From the NCBI GenBank assembly GCA_963789815.1, contig CAWBMG010000007.1:920079-984078 (forward strand): DNA of 64,000 nucleotides, read 5' to 3'. The notes below the pieces were generated by a model, which had not been told where the DNA came from, did not search any database, and saw nothing but the letters and a program-made list of their open reading frames with translations. The stretch is from an uncultured Acidobacteriota bacterium. Lineage in GTDB: Bacteria > Acidobacteriota > Vicinamibacteria > Vicinamibacterales > UBA2999. Both the position numbers and the translations under genes were made by a program. Positions 63,664 to 64,000 of this stretch are shown here, piece by piece (positions within the stretch are counted from its first letter, which is position 1; each line of letters begins with the position of its first letter).

Positions 63664-64000
63664 ATGAAGGGGCTACTCGTAGGCGCGATCCTGATCCCAG
63701 CAGTGGTCGCTATCGTCTCTGCCCGGCAGGCAGGGAGCGAGCTCGAGGTGCTGCAGATCCGGCCCAACTTCTACCTGATTGCCGGCGCCGGCGCCAACGT
63801 TGGCGTACAGGTGGGTGAAGACGGTGTCATCGTGGTCGACGCGGGTGCGGCCTCGAACGCCGGGGACGTCGTCGCGGCAATTCGGAAGATTTCATCCGCG
63901 CCCATTCGCTACGTCATCAATACCAACGCAGACGCCGACCACGTTGGCGGCAACGAGACGATCTCGAAAGCGGGCGTGACGCTGCTTGGAACGCGCGTGA
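63664..64000 (+). CDS. MBL-fold metallo-hydrolase, N-terminal part (runs off the window end)
   Basis: Signal-like N-terminus, then LQIRPNFYLIAGAGANVGVQVGEDGVIVVDAG and VINTNADADHVGGN. The latter aligns with the HxHxDH motif, but two His positions read N and D. Confidence 0.55.
   Translation, partial: MKGLLVGAILIPAVVAIVSARQAGSELEVLQIRPNFYLIAGAGANVGVQVGEDGVIVVDAGAASNAGDVVAAIRKISSAPIRYVINTNADADHVGGNETISKAGVTLLGTRV

Noticed and set aside
1-64000. CRISPR arrays, rRNA, tRNA, tmRNA and prophage or defence-island signatures
   Set aside because: I saw no regularly spaced direct repeats beyond those listed, no rRNA- or tRNA-like sequence, and no phage, restriction-modification, toxin-antitoxin or Cas-like proteins among the translated ORFs.

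Overview
GC-rich (roughly two-thirds G+C by eye) bacterial chromosomal segment. The gene content looks like an Acidobacteriota-type soil bacterium: four Ser/Thr kinases with periplasmic PD40/TolB-type or FGE-type sensor regions, a CarboxypepD_reg-type TonB receptor, an FtsX/ADOP-type permease remnant and many Tat- or Sec-exported hydrolases. I support about 60 protein-coding genes and found no rRNA, tRNA or CRISPR array.

Main modules:
1. 1.7-10.8 kb: a cytochrome-rich region. It holds a monohaem c plus a membrane-anchored NapC/NirT-like hexahaem protein, and a decahaem MtrA-like / MtrB-PioB-like porin / dihaem c operon. Together this is a full outer-membrane-to-quinone extracellular electron transfer chain.
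2. 12-22 kb: housekeeping and miscellaneous genes (CrtI-like oxidoreductase, TonB receptor, folD, an atypically long adenylate-kinase-like protein).
3. 22.5-29 kb: two PAL-like NHL propellers, a SorA/SoxC-type sulfite dehydrogenase with its cytochrome c, and an SMP-30 lactonase.
4. 29.2-38.2 kb: an ECF sigma/anti-sigma pair and an aromatic O-demethylation island (MFS transporter, LigM-like THF-dependent demethylase, PQQ sugar dehydrogenase, Tat-exported MmgE/PrpD, DinB, ACAD-like).
5. 38-62 kb: a kinase-rich accessory-like region with hydrolases, a defective IS5-family element, a duplicated Lon-N-domain gene and several gene remnants.

Non-coding highlights:
- A roughly 170-bp palindromic ACGGAG/CTCCGT-rich intergenic repeat family in three copies, one split at its hairpin apex by the IS.
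- A tandem 45-bp GAAA-loop hairpin repeat.
- A 37-bp motif shared by two 5-prime regions that resembles an ECF-type promoter.
- A low-GC orphan region ending in a strong intrinsic terminator.

Quality caveat: at least seven single-base frame changes in six genes sit at short homopolymers and restore conserved protein sequence when corrected. Indel errors in the assembly are therefore as likely as true pseudogenes. All product calls come from my own reading of the translated ORFs; no database search was run.
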